DNA of 62,483 nucleotides. Origin: Chloroflexota bacterium. GTDB taxonomy: Bacteria > Chloroflexota > Limnocylindria > P2-11E. Of this stretch, positions 29,338 through 38,997 are shown piece after piece. Numbering within the stretch: the stretch's first letter is position 1; each line of letters opens with the position of its first letter. Both the position numbers and the translations under genes were made by a program. The notes under the pieces were generated by a model that was not told the origin of the DNA, made no database searches, and worked only from the letters and a program-made list of their open reading frames with translations. The stretch lies in assembly GCA_005889075.1 (NCBI GenBank), contig VBDQ01000033.1, positions 1,398 to 63,880 of the forward strand, in the 5' to 3' direction.

Positions 29338-30618
29338 TTGGCGGAACAGAGAGCCGATGCCCTCGAAGTAGAACTGGGCGCCGGCGTGGATGCGCCGGCG
29401 CCGCGACGGATCCAATTCGATGCGCTCGGCGTTCCGGTCTTTCGGTGGTATTGGATAACGAGCTGGATCAGCTCCACGGGCGACGGGATGGAGAACGTGA
29501 TCCGCAACGTGCTCGTCTACCAGCTGGCGGGAACAGCCGCGCCGTTCTGGCTGGGGATGATGGTGTTCGCCCACTGGGTCCCGTTCACGTTCTTCTCGCT
29601 CTACGGCGGCGTGCTCGCCGACCGCTACGACAACCGGAAGGTACAGATCGTCGCTCAGCTCCTCCTCATGGCCGCCGCGACGACCGTCGCGTGGGCGACA
29701 CTCGCCGGCTTCGTCAGCACCGGGTGGCTGTTCGGCCTCCTGTTGCTGCACGGCTTCGCGGGCGCGATAGGCGGTCCGGCGCAGCAGACCCTCGTCCACG
29801 CGATGGTCGGCCGCTCGAACCTGCTCTCGGCGGTCAGCCTCAACTCCACCGCGCGGCAGTTCTCGCAAGTCGTCGGACCCGCCGTCGCCGGTCTGATCGT
29901 CGTGCTCTTCGGGCCGGGCTGGGGATTCCTCGTCAACGCGGCGACCTTCGTCCCGCTGCTCGTCTTCCTCGCGGTCGTACGCGTACCGCCTCTCGCCGCT
30001 CAGGAGTCCATTCCGATCCGTAGCTCGCTTCGCGACGGCCTGCGCTTCGTGCGGGCGCGTTCGTTCATCAGCTCGCTCATCGTCGTCGAGATGCTCGGTG
30101 TGATCTTCCTCGGCCACACCTTCAACTCGTTCGTGGTTCTGTTCGCTCACGATGTGCTCCACGTCGGCGATCTTGGGTATGCGTTTCTCTTGGTCGGCAG
30201 CGGCATCGGCGCCGTCGGTGCCGCGATGTATCTCGCCTACGCGCGCGACCGCACGCACAGCGGTCGCTTCGTCGTTGGCGCGGCGGCGGTGGAGATGGCC
30301 GCCGTGCTCGTCTTCGCCTTCTCGACGAACTACACGCTCTCGTTCCTGCTTTTGCTCGTCGTCGGCGCATCGGCGGTGCTCACGCAGTCGCTGACGAATA
30401 CGAAGATCCAGCTGTCGGCGCCGGACGCGCTCCGCGGCCGAGTCATGGGCGCGTATACGTTCGGCACGCAGGGCATGCGCGTCCTCAATGGTCCGATCCT
30501 CGGCGGTGCGGCGATCCTCTTTGGCGCGCCTGCGGCGGTCGCGGGCGCGGCTGCCGTCGTGCTGGCTGGCCTCGGCCTGATCCTCGCACGCGTGCCGCAG
30601 CTCAAGCAGGATCGCTAG
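29338..30618 (+). CDS. MFS transporter (DHA3/EntS-like)
   Basis: About 12 TM, GGVLADRYDNRK motif A, LRGRVMG. Start probably TTG 29338 rather than 29233. Confidence 0.88.
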   Translation: MAEQRADALEVELGAGVDAPAPRRIQFDALGVPVFRWYWITSWISSTGDGMENVIRNVLVYQLAGTAAPFWLGMMVFAHWVPFTFFSLYGGVLADRYDNRKVQIVAQLLLMAAATTVAWATLAGFVSTGWLFGLLLLHGFAGAIGGPAQQTLVHAMVGRSNLLSAVSLNSTARQFSQVVGPAVAGLIVVLFGPGWGFLVNAATFVPLLVFLAVVRVPPLAAQESIPIRSSLRDGLRFVRARSFISSLIVVEMLGVIFLGHTFNSFVVLFAHDVLHVGDLGYAFLLVGSGIGAVGAAMYLAYARDRTHSGRFVVGAAAVEMAAVLVFAFSTNYTLSFLLLLVVGASAVLTQSLTNTKIQLSAPDALRGRVMGAYTFGTQGMRVLNGPILGGAAILFGAPAAVAGAAAVVLAGLGLILARVPQLKQDR

Positions 30619-30629
30619 CGCCGGTCCGC

Positions 30630-31333
30630 GTGACGCAGTTCGTGAAATCGCACGGGCTCGGGAACGACTACCTCGTCCTGGACCCGAGGGCGCTTCCTTT
30701 CGATCTGACCCCCGAGGCCGTGCGGGTGATCTGCGATCGCCATTTCGGCGTTGGGAGCATGGCATCACCGATCGCGAACGGTTCCGGATCCGCACCGCGG
30801 GCGGGATCGTGACGGTCCGGCTCGAGATGGACGGCGATCGGGTGGCAAGGGTGACCGCCGGCATGGGCCGCGCCACCTTCGCCGACGTCGACGAGCTCGA
30901 GATCGGAGGCGGACGTGTAGGGGTCACGGTCGTCTCGCTCGGCAATCCGCACTGTGTCGTTCTCGTCGACGACGTCGCGGCGGTCGATGTCCCACGGCTC
31001 GGTCCACTCGTCGAGCGCCACCCTGCGTTCCCGAATCGGACCAACGTCCAGTTCGCGCAGGTGCGCTCGAGGCGCGACCTCGCGATCCGGATCTGGGAGC
31101 GCGGCGCGGGATACACGCTCGCGTCGGGCACAAGCAGCTGCGCGGCGGCGGCCGCGGCGCACCGGGCCGGGCTGATCGATCGCGAGGTCGTCGTCACGAT
31201 GCCCGGCGGCGAGCTCGAGGTGCGCATCGCCGACGACGGCGAGATCTGGCTACGCGGCCCGGCGGAGGAGGTGGCGAGCGGGGACTTCAGCCCCGAGCTC
31301 CTTCGTCGCCTCGCGCACAAAGAAGGCCCATGA
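30630..31333 (+). pseudogene. dapF: Diaminopimelate epimerase with internal deletion/frameshift near 30758
   Basis: FVKSHGLGNDY...CDRHFGVG in one frame; GNPHCV, FPNRTNV, WERGAGYTLASGTSSCA in another. First active-site segment is absent. Confidence 0.85.
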
Positions 31334-32637
31334 CGCTCACCGAAGGGATCTTCCCCGACACGGCGAACGTCAGCCCCACCGGACATCTCGCCGTCGGTGG
31401 TAGCGACCTGGTCGAGCTGGCGGGACGCTATGGCACGCCGCTCTACGTCTACGACGAGGCCACCATCCGCGCTCGCGCCCGCGCGTTCCGCACCGCGCTC
31501 GCCGGTTACCCGGCCCGGACCACGGTCTGTTACGCGGCGAAGGCGTACTGCGCGCCCTGGATCCTGCGGCTCGCGGCGGAGGAAGGGCTCGGCCTCGACG
31601 TGGTCTCGAGTGGCGAGCTTCACACCGCGGCGCTCGCCGGCTTCGCGTCGGAACGAATTTCGTTCCACGGGAACAACAAGACCGAAGACGAGCTCGAGAT
31701 GGCGCTGCGGCTGCGGGTGGGCCGCGTGGTCATCGACAACCTCGAGGAGATCGGCCGGCTCGCTGATCGCGCGACCGCTGCGGGGGTGCGCCAGGCCGTC
31801 CTGCTCCGCGTGAGCCCGGGCGTCACCGCGCACACTCACACCCACCTTCAGACCGGCGCGGTGGACACGAAGTTCGGATTCGGCCCGGACGTCGTTGGCG
31901 CCGCTGCGCGAGCGGTGCTCTCCCGTCCTGCGCTCGACCTCCGGGGCCTTCACGCCCATATCGGATCTCAGATCGGCGAGCTCGAGCCATACGCCGCGTC
32001 CATCGAGCGCGTCTTTGCCGTCGCGCAGGAGATCGCGCGGCTCGGCGCTGACATCCGTGAGATCAGTCCCGGCGGCGGATATGCGGTCCGCTACCGCCCG
32101 GGCGATCCGGTGGTCGATGGACCGGGAATCGCACGCGAGGTGGCGCGGATGGTCGCCGAGTCGTCGCGCCTGCATGGCTTCGCCCGGCCCCCCGACCTCG
32201 CGATCGAGCCAGGCCGCGCGCTCGTGGCGACCTCGGGTATCGCCCTGTATCGCGTCGGCTCAGTAAAGGAGCTCCCGCGCGTCCGCACATACGTCGCCGT
32301 CGACGGCGGCATGGCGGACAACATCCGACCGACCGCTTACGGTGCGGAATACACCGCCGTGCTCGCCAATCGCATGCAGGACCCCGCCGAGGCCACGTTC
32401 GCGATCGCGGGGCGCTACTGCGAATCGGGTGATGTGCTCATTCGCGAGGTTCGCATGCCGCGTCCGGTCGCGGGAGATCTCGTAGCGGTCCCCGTCTCGG
32501 GCGCGTACCACCTTGCGATGGCGAGCAACTACAACATGGTGCCGCGGCCCGCCGTCGTAGTAGTCGAACAAGGTGGCGCGCGTCTGGTCCGCCGCCGCGA
32601 AACGAACGACGACCTTCTCACGTCCGACGTGGTCTAG
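31330..32637 (+). CDS. lysA: Diaminopimelate decarboxylase
   Basis: YGTPLYVYD, YAAKA, HGNNK, HIGSQI, EPGR, CESGD, GAY...MASNYN. Confidence 0.96.
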   Translation: MTLTEGIFPDTANVSPTGHLAVGGSDLVELAGRYGTPLYVYDEATIRARARAFRTALAGYPARTTVCYAAKAYCAPWILRLAAEEGLGLDVVSSGELHTAALAGFASERISFHGNNKTEDELEMALRLRVGRVVIDNLEEIGRLADRATAAGVRQAVLLRVSPGVTAHTHTHLQTGAVDTKFGFGPDVVGAAARAVLSRPALDLRGLHAHIGSQIGELEPYAASIERVFAVAQEIARLGADIREISPGGGYAVRYRPGDPVVDGPGIAREVARMVAESSRLHGFARPPDLAIEPGRALVATSGIALYRVGSVKELPRVRTYVAVDGGMADNIRPTAYGAEYTAVLANRMQDPAEATFAIAGRYCESGDVLIREVRMPRPVAGDLVAVPVSGAYHLAMASNYNMVPRPAVVVVEQGGARLVRRRETNDDLLTSDVV

Positions 32638-32664
32638 GATTGAAGCGACGCGAGGAGGTTGATC

Positions 32665-32988
32665 ATGCTCGAGACCGGCACCATCGAGATGACACCGGAG
32701 GCCGCCACCAAGGTCCGTGAGCTGCAAGGCGGCGATCCCAAGCGCGCGCTCCTCCGCCTCTACGTGATGGGAAAGACGTGCTGCTCATATCAGTACGGCC
32801 TCGCGTTCGACGCGACGCCGGAGGATGCCGACACCGTGAAAGACGTCGGCGGTATACGCGTGGCGGTCGACCAGGTGAGTGCGCCGTACTGCGACGGCGC
32901 GAAGATCGAGTGGGTCGACGGACCCGAAGGCACGGGCTTCCTCGTGCGCAATCCGGCGATGGGTGGCGGCTGCAGCTGTAACGGGTAG
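32665..32988 (+). CDS. A-type Fe-S carrier (HesB/IscA family)
   Basis: MTPEAATKV, CCSYQYGLAFD, GF..RNP, terminal CSC. SD GGAGG. Confidence 0.87.
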   Translation: MLETGTIEMTPEAATKVRELQGGDPKRALLRLYVMGKTCCSYQYGLAFDATPEDADTVKDVGGIRVAVDQVSAPYCDGAKIEWVDGPEGTGFLVRNPAMGGGCSCNG

Positions 32989-33068
32989 CGCCCCGGCCGC
33001 TTCCACGCTCGGCCGGCCCGCGGCCGAACTGTCAAGATCTGTTGTGGCCTCGAAAGCATGGGGGGCCT

Positions 33069-33125
33069 TAAGACCGAGTAACGGTAATGACCGGTCCGTA
33101 ACGTGGCTGCTGACGTTCCTTAACG
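33069..33125 (+). promoter_or_regulatory. Helically phased TRACG-like direct repeats upstream of the subtilase gene
   Basis: TAAGA 33069, TAACG 33079, TGACC 33088, TAACG 33099, TGACG 33111, TAACG 33121. Confidence 0.35.
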
Positions 33126-33161
33126 ATCTCCCAAAGCTCTTCTCAACCCGGCGCCCCTACG

Positions 33162-36100
33162 GTGGCCGACCGGATGGGGGACCAGGGGGCTTCACGGCTG
33201 GCGCCGCGTTGGTCAACGCGTCTTCTCCTGCTGCTCCTCTTTAACTTCATATCCGCGGCCCCGTCCATGGCCTTCGCCGCCCCGCAGAGCCCCGTTACCC
33301 CGACCGATAGCGCGATCCCCACAGCGACTTCCGGCAGCGCGTCGACCGAAGAGACGGTCCCGATCCTCGTGAGATTCAAGCCGGGAGTCTTGAGGTCGGA
33401 GGTCGATGCCGCGATCAAGGCCACCGGCGGCGCATCGATGCGGGAACACGCCCAGCTCGGCCTGCGTGTGGTCGAGGTGCCCGCCGCCGCGCAAGAAGCG
33501 GTTCTCACCGCGTATGCACGACACCCCTTGGTCCGGTCCGCCGAGCCCGCCCACCGTGTGACCGCGGCGGGATCCCCCAACGATCCGCTGTACGCCCAGC
33601 AATGGGCCCTGCCGAAGATCTCGTGGGACAAGGCCTACGGGGTCATTCCGATCCTTGGCTCGGCGAAGATCGCCGTTCTCGACACGGGAATCGATGCCAC
33701 GCAGCCCGATCTGATCGGCCGCCTTTCGCTGGGCACGAGCTTCGTCGGCGGGGTCGCCACCACCGACCTGAACGGTCACGGCACCGAGGTGGCTGGGATC
33801 GCGGCGGCGAACGTGAACAACCTTGTCGGGATGGCGGGCGTCGCCTTCAGCGGCGCCAGTGTCGTACCGGTGCAGGTGCTTCATACCGACGGCACCGGCT
33901 GGGACAGCGATGTCGTCTCCGGAGTTTTGTGGGCCGCCGACAACGGTGCGCAGGTCATCCTCATGAGCTTCAGCAGCACCGCGTTCTCCTCGGCGCTGCA
34001 GGACGCGGTCAACTACGCGTGGAGCAAGGGCGCGATCGTCATCGCCGCCGCGGGTAACCAGGGCTCCACCGCCGCTTCTTATCCGGCGGGGATGGCCAAC
34101 GTGATCGGGGTTGCCGCCACCGACGCGAATGACGCGGTCACCGCGATCAGCAACACCGGCAGCGCCGCCGTCGCCGCCCCGGGCGTCGACATCTACGCGA
34201 CCGCGCCGGCCGCCAGTTACGTGAAGATCAGCGGGACATCCCCGGCCGCGGCCGAGACGGCCGGCCTCGCAGCGCTTCTGATCGCGAGCGGGAAGAGCAA
34301 CAGCGCCGCGTCGGCGCAGATTCGCGGGGCGACCGATCCGATCGCGGGGCGATCCTTCGGACGCATTAACGTCGCGAAGGCGCTCGGTGCGCCGGTGACG
34401 CCGCCGCCGACACCCGCCCCGACCGCGACGCCCCCACCGGGTCCGACGCCGACGTACACGATCGGCGCCGTCAACTTCATGCGGCTGCGTCAGGTCAACG
34501 CCACCGGGCAGGAGAACTACATCTACACGTCGGGCGACGTGATCTATCCCGATGCCAACGTGACCCCGGCGGGAACGCACTACAAGGTCGTGGTCACTGA
34601 CGCCGCTGGCACGCCCCACGGGTCGTTCTCGTGCGGCACCGCCCCTTTCACCGGAGCCAGCAACACGTACACGGTCCAGAGCACGGACCCGGTCTCGAAC
34701 GCGAGCGACTGGACGTTCACCATCAACCAGTACTCCGCGACCGACACCACCTGCACCGGCACGATCACCAACACGGATCATTTGGCCTTCGACGTTGCGA
34801 AGGCGACCGCATACACCGACTCGAGCCTCTCGACGACGGCGACCCAGTACTCCAGCGGAGACACCGCCTACGTCGTGATCCAGGGCGTGCAGCAGAGCCA
34901 GAGCGACTACAGCACGATCTGGATCCCAACCGGATTCACCGATCTGACCGCGACGTGCCACAACACGACTGGAAGCGACCAGCCCGATACGAGCTCGGTC
35001 GGACGGCTGCCCAGTCCTGCCGGCTCGTTCCTTCAGTACCCACCGGGCGCGAGCGGCGATCCGTGGAACCTGCTCGCGAATTACGACTCGACCGGTCAAG
35101 TGTGTCCGCTAACGACCCCGGGTCAGTGGCAGATCAAGGTGCAGAAAAACTCCACGCACTTCGTCACGCTCAACGCCTTCACGGTCGTGGCCGCGGCCCG
35201 TGGGACCCTCGTGGTCACCAAGAACACGGTCGGCGGCAACGGAGTCTTCACCTTCACCACGAGCGACGGCCCCGGCGGCCCGCCCGCGACGTTCAGCATC
35301 ACGACGACAGGCCCGCTTACGGCAGGCGTCGGGTCGGCGACGTTCGCGGTCAACGCCGGGACGTACACGATCACCGAGCAAGTGCCGGCGGACTTCGTGC
35401 TTAGCGGCGCCGGTTGTCCCGCGCCGATAGGGATGAGTCCGACTGTCACGGTCGCGGTCGCCTCGGGCGGAACATCGAGCTGCAGCTACAGCGACACCAA
35501 GCGCGCGACGCTCACGGTCACGAAGAACACTCAGGGCGGCAACGGCACCTTCACGTTCAACACGAATGGCGGCACCGGGAGCGGGCTGCCCGCGACGTTC
35601 ACCATCAGCACGACCGGGAACGTCACGACAGGCGCGGGCGCCACGACGTTCACGGTGGCCCCGGGCACGTACGCGATCACGGAGATCGTCCCGTCGAGCT
35701 TCGTGCTGCTGAGCGCGAGCTGCTCGCCCGGTACGAGCGGCACCAGCGCCACGGTCACCGTCGCCATTCCAATGGGAACCACGAGCGGCTCCTGCGCCTT
35801 CAGCGATGCGGCCAGTGGTTCGGTCGTCGTGACAAAGAGCGCGCAGGGCGGCGATGGCAGCTTCACGTTCACACTGACTGGTGGGCCACAGAGCGTAACG
35901 ATGTCCGCGACGATCAACACGATTCTGGGGACCGGCACGACGACGTTCAGCGCCCTGGCCGTCGGCTCGTACGACGTGTCCGAGACCGTTCCCAGCAGCT
36001 TTTACGCGGTTGGCCCGACGACCTGCCCCGCTGTTGTGAGCGGCGGCTCGCCGCCGCCCACCTGTTCATTCACGGACAAGAAGCGAGGTCAGATCCTGAT

Positions 36101-38352
36101 CACCAAGAACACGTACGGCGGGGATGGAACGTTCACCTTCACGCTCACCGGCGGGCCTGAGAACGTCTCCCAGACCGCAACGATCACCACGACCGCCTTC
36201 GTCGGGACCACGAGCTTCACCGGCCTTGCGCCTGGTTTGTATTCAGTCTCCGAATCGGTACCCGGAAGCTTCTACCCGGCAGGCGCAACACAGTGCAGTG
36301 CCACGGTCGAGTCCGGGGGCACGACCATGTGCACGTTCACCAACGACCTGCGTGGCTCGGTGGTGGTGACCAAGAACACCGTCGGTGGGAACGGCAGCTT
36401 CACGTTCACCCTCACCGGCGGACCTGAGACGGTGAGCGCCACGGTGACGCTCTCGACGAGCGGCCCCACCACGGCCGGGACAGGCACCGCCACGTTCTCC
36501 GGGCTCGCTCCAGGCAGCTACGCCGTGACCGAAGGCGCGAACGCTGACTTCGTGCCTGTCGCCAACGTGACCACATGCTCGGCGATGGTTGTGGCGGGCC
36601 AGGCGTTTGTCTGTCCCTTCGCGAACAACGCCCGCGGCTCGATCGTCGTGACCAAGAACACCGTGGGCGGCACGGGCAGTTTCACCTTCACCCTCACCGG
36701 CGGCCCTGAGTCGGTGAGCGCCACCGCGACGATCTCGACGAGCGGCACGACCATGTCCGCGAGCGGCACGGCTACCTTTGGCGGTCTCACCCCTGGCGCC
36801 ACGTACACGGTCAGCGAGGGCGCCAACGCCAGCTTCACACCGAGCGGGTTTACGACATGTGTCGCCGTCATACCAGCAGGTGGCTCGTTCCCCTGCAGCT
36901 TCACCAACAACGCCAACGGCTCGGTCGTGGACGATCACGACCGTCGGTGGAACCGGCACCGCCACCTTCAGCAACCTTCCGCCTAGCCCGACCGCCAGCT
37001 ACACCGTGAGCGAGGCCGCCAACGCCAGCTTCAGCGCGATGGGGCCGACCAGCTGCGCGGTCACCGTGAGCGCGGGCGCGCCCAGCGGCTGCAGCTTTAG
37101 CAACGTGGCCTTGGGCTCGGTGGTGGTGACCAAGAACACCGTGGGTGGCAACGGCAGCTTCACCTTCGTGCTGAGCAACTCGGTCACCATGAGCGCGACG
37201 GTCACCACGACCAACAACACCGGCAGCACCACCTTCAGCGCGCTTGCCCCGGGCACCTTCACCCTGAGCGAGATCGTCGACTCGGGCTTCGTGTTCGCGA
37301 GCGCGACCTGCAGCGCCGGGGTTCTTCCGCCGCCGCCGCCGCCTCTGGGGCCGAGCGGCTCGGGTCCGATCACCTTGACGGTGAGCGCGGGGATGCAGAC
37401 TGACTGCAGCTTCACCAACAACGCCCGCGGTCAGATCGTGGTGACCAAGAACACCACCGGCGGTCAGGGCGTCTTCACCTTCACGCTTTCCGGCGGGCCA
37501 AACTCGGCCAGCGCGGCCGCGACGATCACGACCGTCGGTGGAACCGGCACCGCCACCTTCAGCAACCTTCCGCCTAGCCCGACCGCCAGCTACACCGTGA
37601 GCGAGGCCGCCAACGCCAGCTTCAGCGCGATGGGGCCGACCAGCTGCGTCACCACGGTGAGCCCCGGCGCGTCCAGCGGCTGCAGCTTTAGCAACGTGGC
37701 CTTGGGCTCGATCGTCGTGACCAAGAACACCGTGGGCGGGAACGGCAGCTTCACCTTCACCCTCAGGTCGGGCACGATGACCGCGACCGCGACCATCTCC
37801 ACCGTTGCCGGTAGCGGCACTGTCACCTTCTCTGGTGTCGCCCCCGGCACGTTCACCGTGAGCGAGGGCGTCAACGCGAGCTTCGCTCCGATGGGCTCGA
37901 CGACCTGCAGCGTGAACGTGCCTCCGGGTGGAACAGCGACCTGCAGCTTCACGAACGTGAAGAAGAACGAAGGCTTCATGACCGGGGGCGGACAGATCAA
38001 GACGGATGACAAGAGCGAGGCGAACTTCGGCGGCAACGCTCGCGGTACCGCCGGCGTTCCGAGCACGGCCAAGGGCCATTTCAACTACCTGGACCATGAT
38101 CGCCTGCACCTCGATGGAAAGGTGACCGCGATCCTCGCCGTCGATCCCAGCCAGCAGGAGATGTGGTTCTGCTTCACCGACGACAAGAGCGGAAACCAGT
38201 ACACGGTGCGGTGGCGCGACGTCGACGAACCGAACCAGGGCAAGGACAAGCTTGGGCTCTGGAGCGGCTGCGAGCTGACACCCACACCGCCGATCCAGGC
38301 GACGAACAACCCCGTCGACAAGGGGAACGTGCAATGGCATCCGCCGCACTAA
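33162..38352 (+). CDS. Giant secreted S8 (subtilase) protease with 10 Thr-rich Ig-like (SpaA/prealbumin-like) repeats; split by a frameshift at ~36930
   Basis: Signal peptide, prodomain, triad AVLDTG/NGHGT/GTSPA, Pro-Thr linker, VVTKNT...FTF...YTVSE...C...CSFTN repeats, C-terminal TGGG...FGGN...YLDH...GNVQWH domain. Combines ORFs 33162-36986 and 36778-38352. Confidence 0.85.
36930..37648 (+). repeat. 128-bp exact direct repeat (36930-37057 = 37521-37648)
   Basis: Identical GACGATCACGACCGTCGGTGG...GACCAGCTGCG at a 591-bp offset. Confidence 0.9.
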
Positions 38353-38371
38353 GGATGGAGGTGAGATCGCG

Positions 38372-38860
38372 ATGAAGGTCAGACGGCTCGGCGCGGTCGC
38401 GGCACTCACGCTGTTGATCGCGATCGTCCCGCCCCAACCGAGCGGCGTGGCGACCGGAACCGACGTTACCGAGACGCAGATCTCTGCGGCGGCGATCGGG
38501 TACTTCGATTCGGGCACGTCCTTCAATGGCGTGCCGATCCAGAGCGCGACCTTCGGCATCGGCGTCATCGTGTATTCCGACGGCTCCGGTCTCGGAAACT
38601 TCGAGATCAAGTTGACCGGGACCACGCCGCTCAATCAGGAGCAGAACATCACCGTGGTCGGGAACGTGAACGCGGGAACGGTGAACGTCGACGGGAGCGT
38701 GACGTTCTCCGGCAACGGGACTCTAGACATGGGCGACGGGAGTTTGCCGCTCGCGGTGCCGTTCGCGGTCATCGTTACAGCGAACGGCCTCCAGCTCACC
38801 GTCGGCACATCGGCCTTGCCGACTCTGCCAGTCAGCGACGGCAGCATTTTCATCGGGTAG
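38372..38860 (+). CDS. Small secreted beta-rich hypothetical protein
   Basis: SD GGAGGTG, signal-like MKVRRLGAVAALTLLIAIV, Thr/Gly/Val-rich. Confidence 0.75.
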   Translation: MKVRRLGAVAALTLLIAIVPPQPSGVATGTDVTETQISAAAIGYFDSGTSFNGVPIQSATFGIGVIVYSDGSGLGNFEIKLTGTTPLNQEQNITVVGNVNAGTVNVDGSVTFSGNGTLDMGDGSLPLAVPFAVIVTANGLQLTVGTSALPTLPVSDGSIFIG

Positions 38861-38997
38861 GCGCGCGCGGTGACCCGACTGGAGGTTGCACAGGCGCCGA
38901 ACCAACGCGGGCTGGACCGCGCCTTGCTACGACGAGCGACGGTGGTGGCCCTGCCTAGCAGCGGCTCGGGATCCTTCGCCGCTGCGCGTCTTTTGTA

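Noticed and set aside
35200-37962. CRISPR array or DGR template/variable repeat
   Set aside because: Repeats are codon-preserving protein domain repeats; no spacers, cas genes, reverse transcriptase or adenine-specific mismatch pattern.
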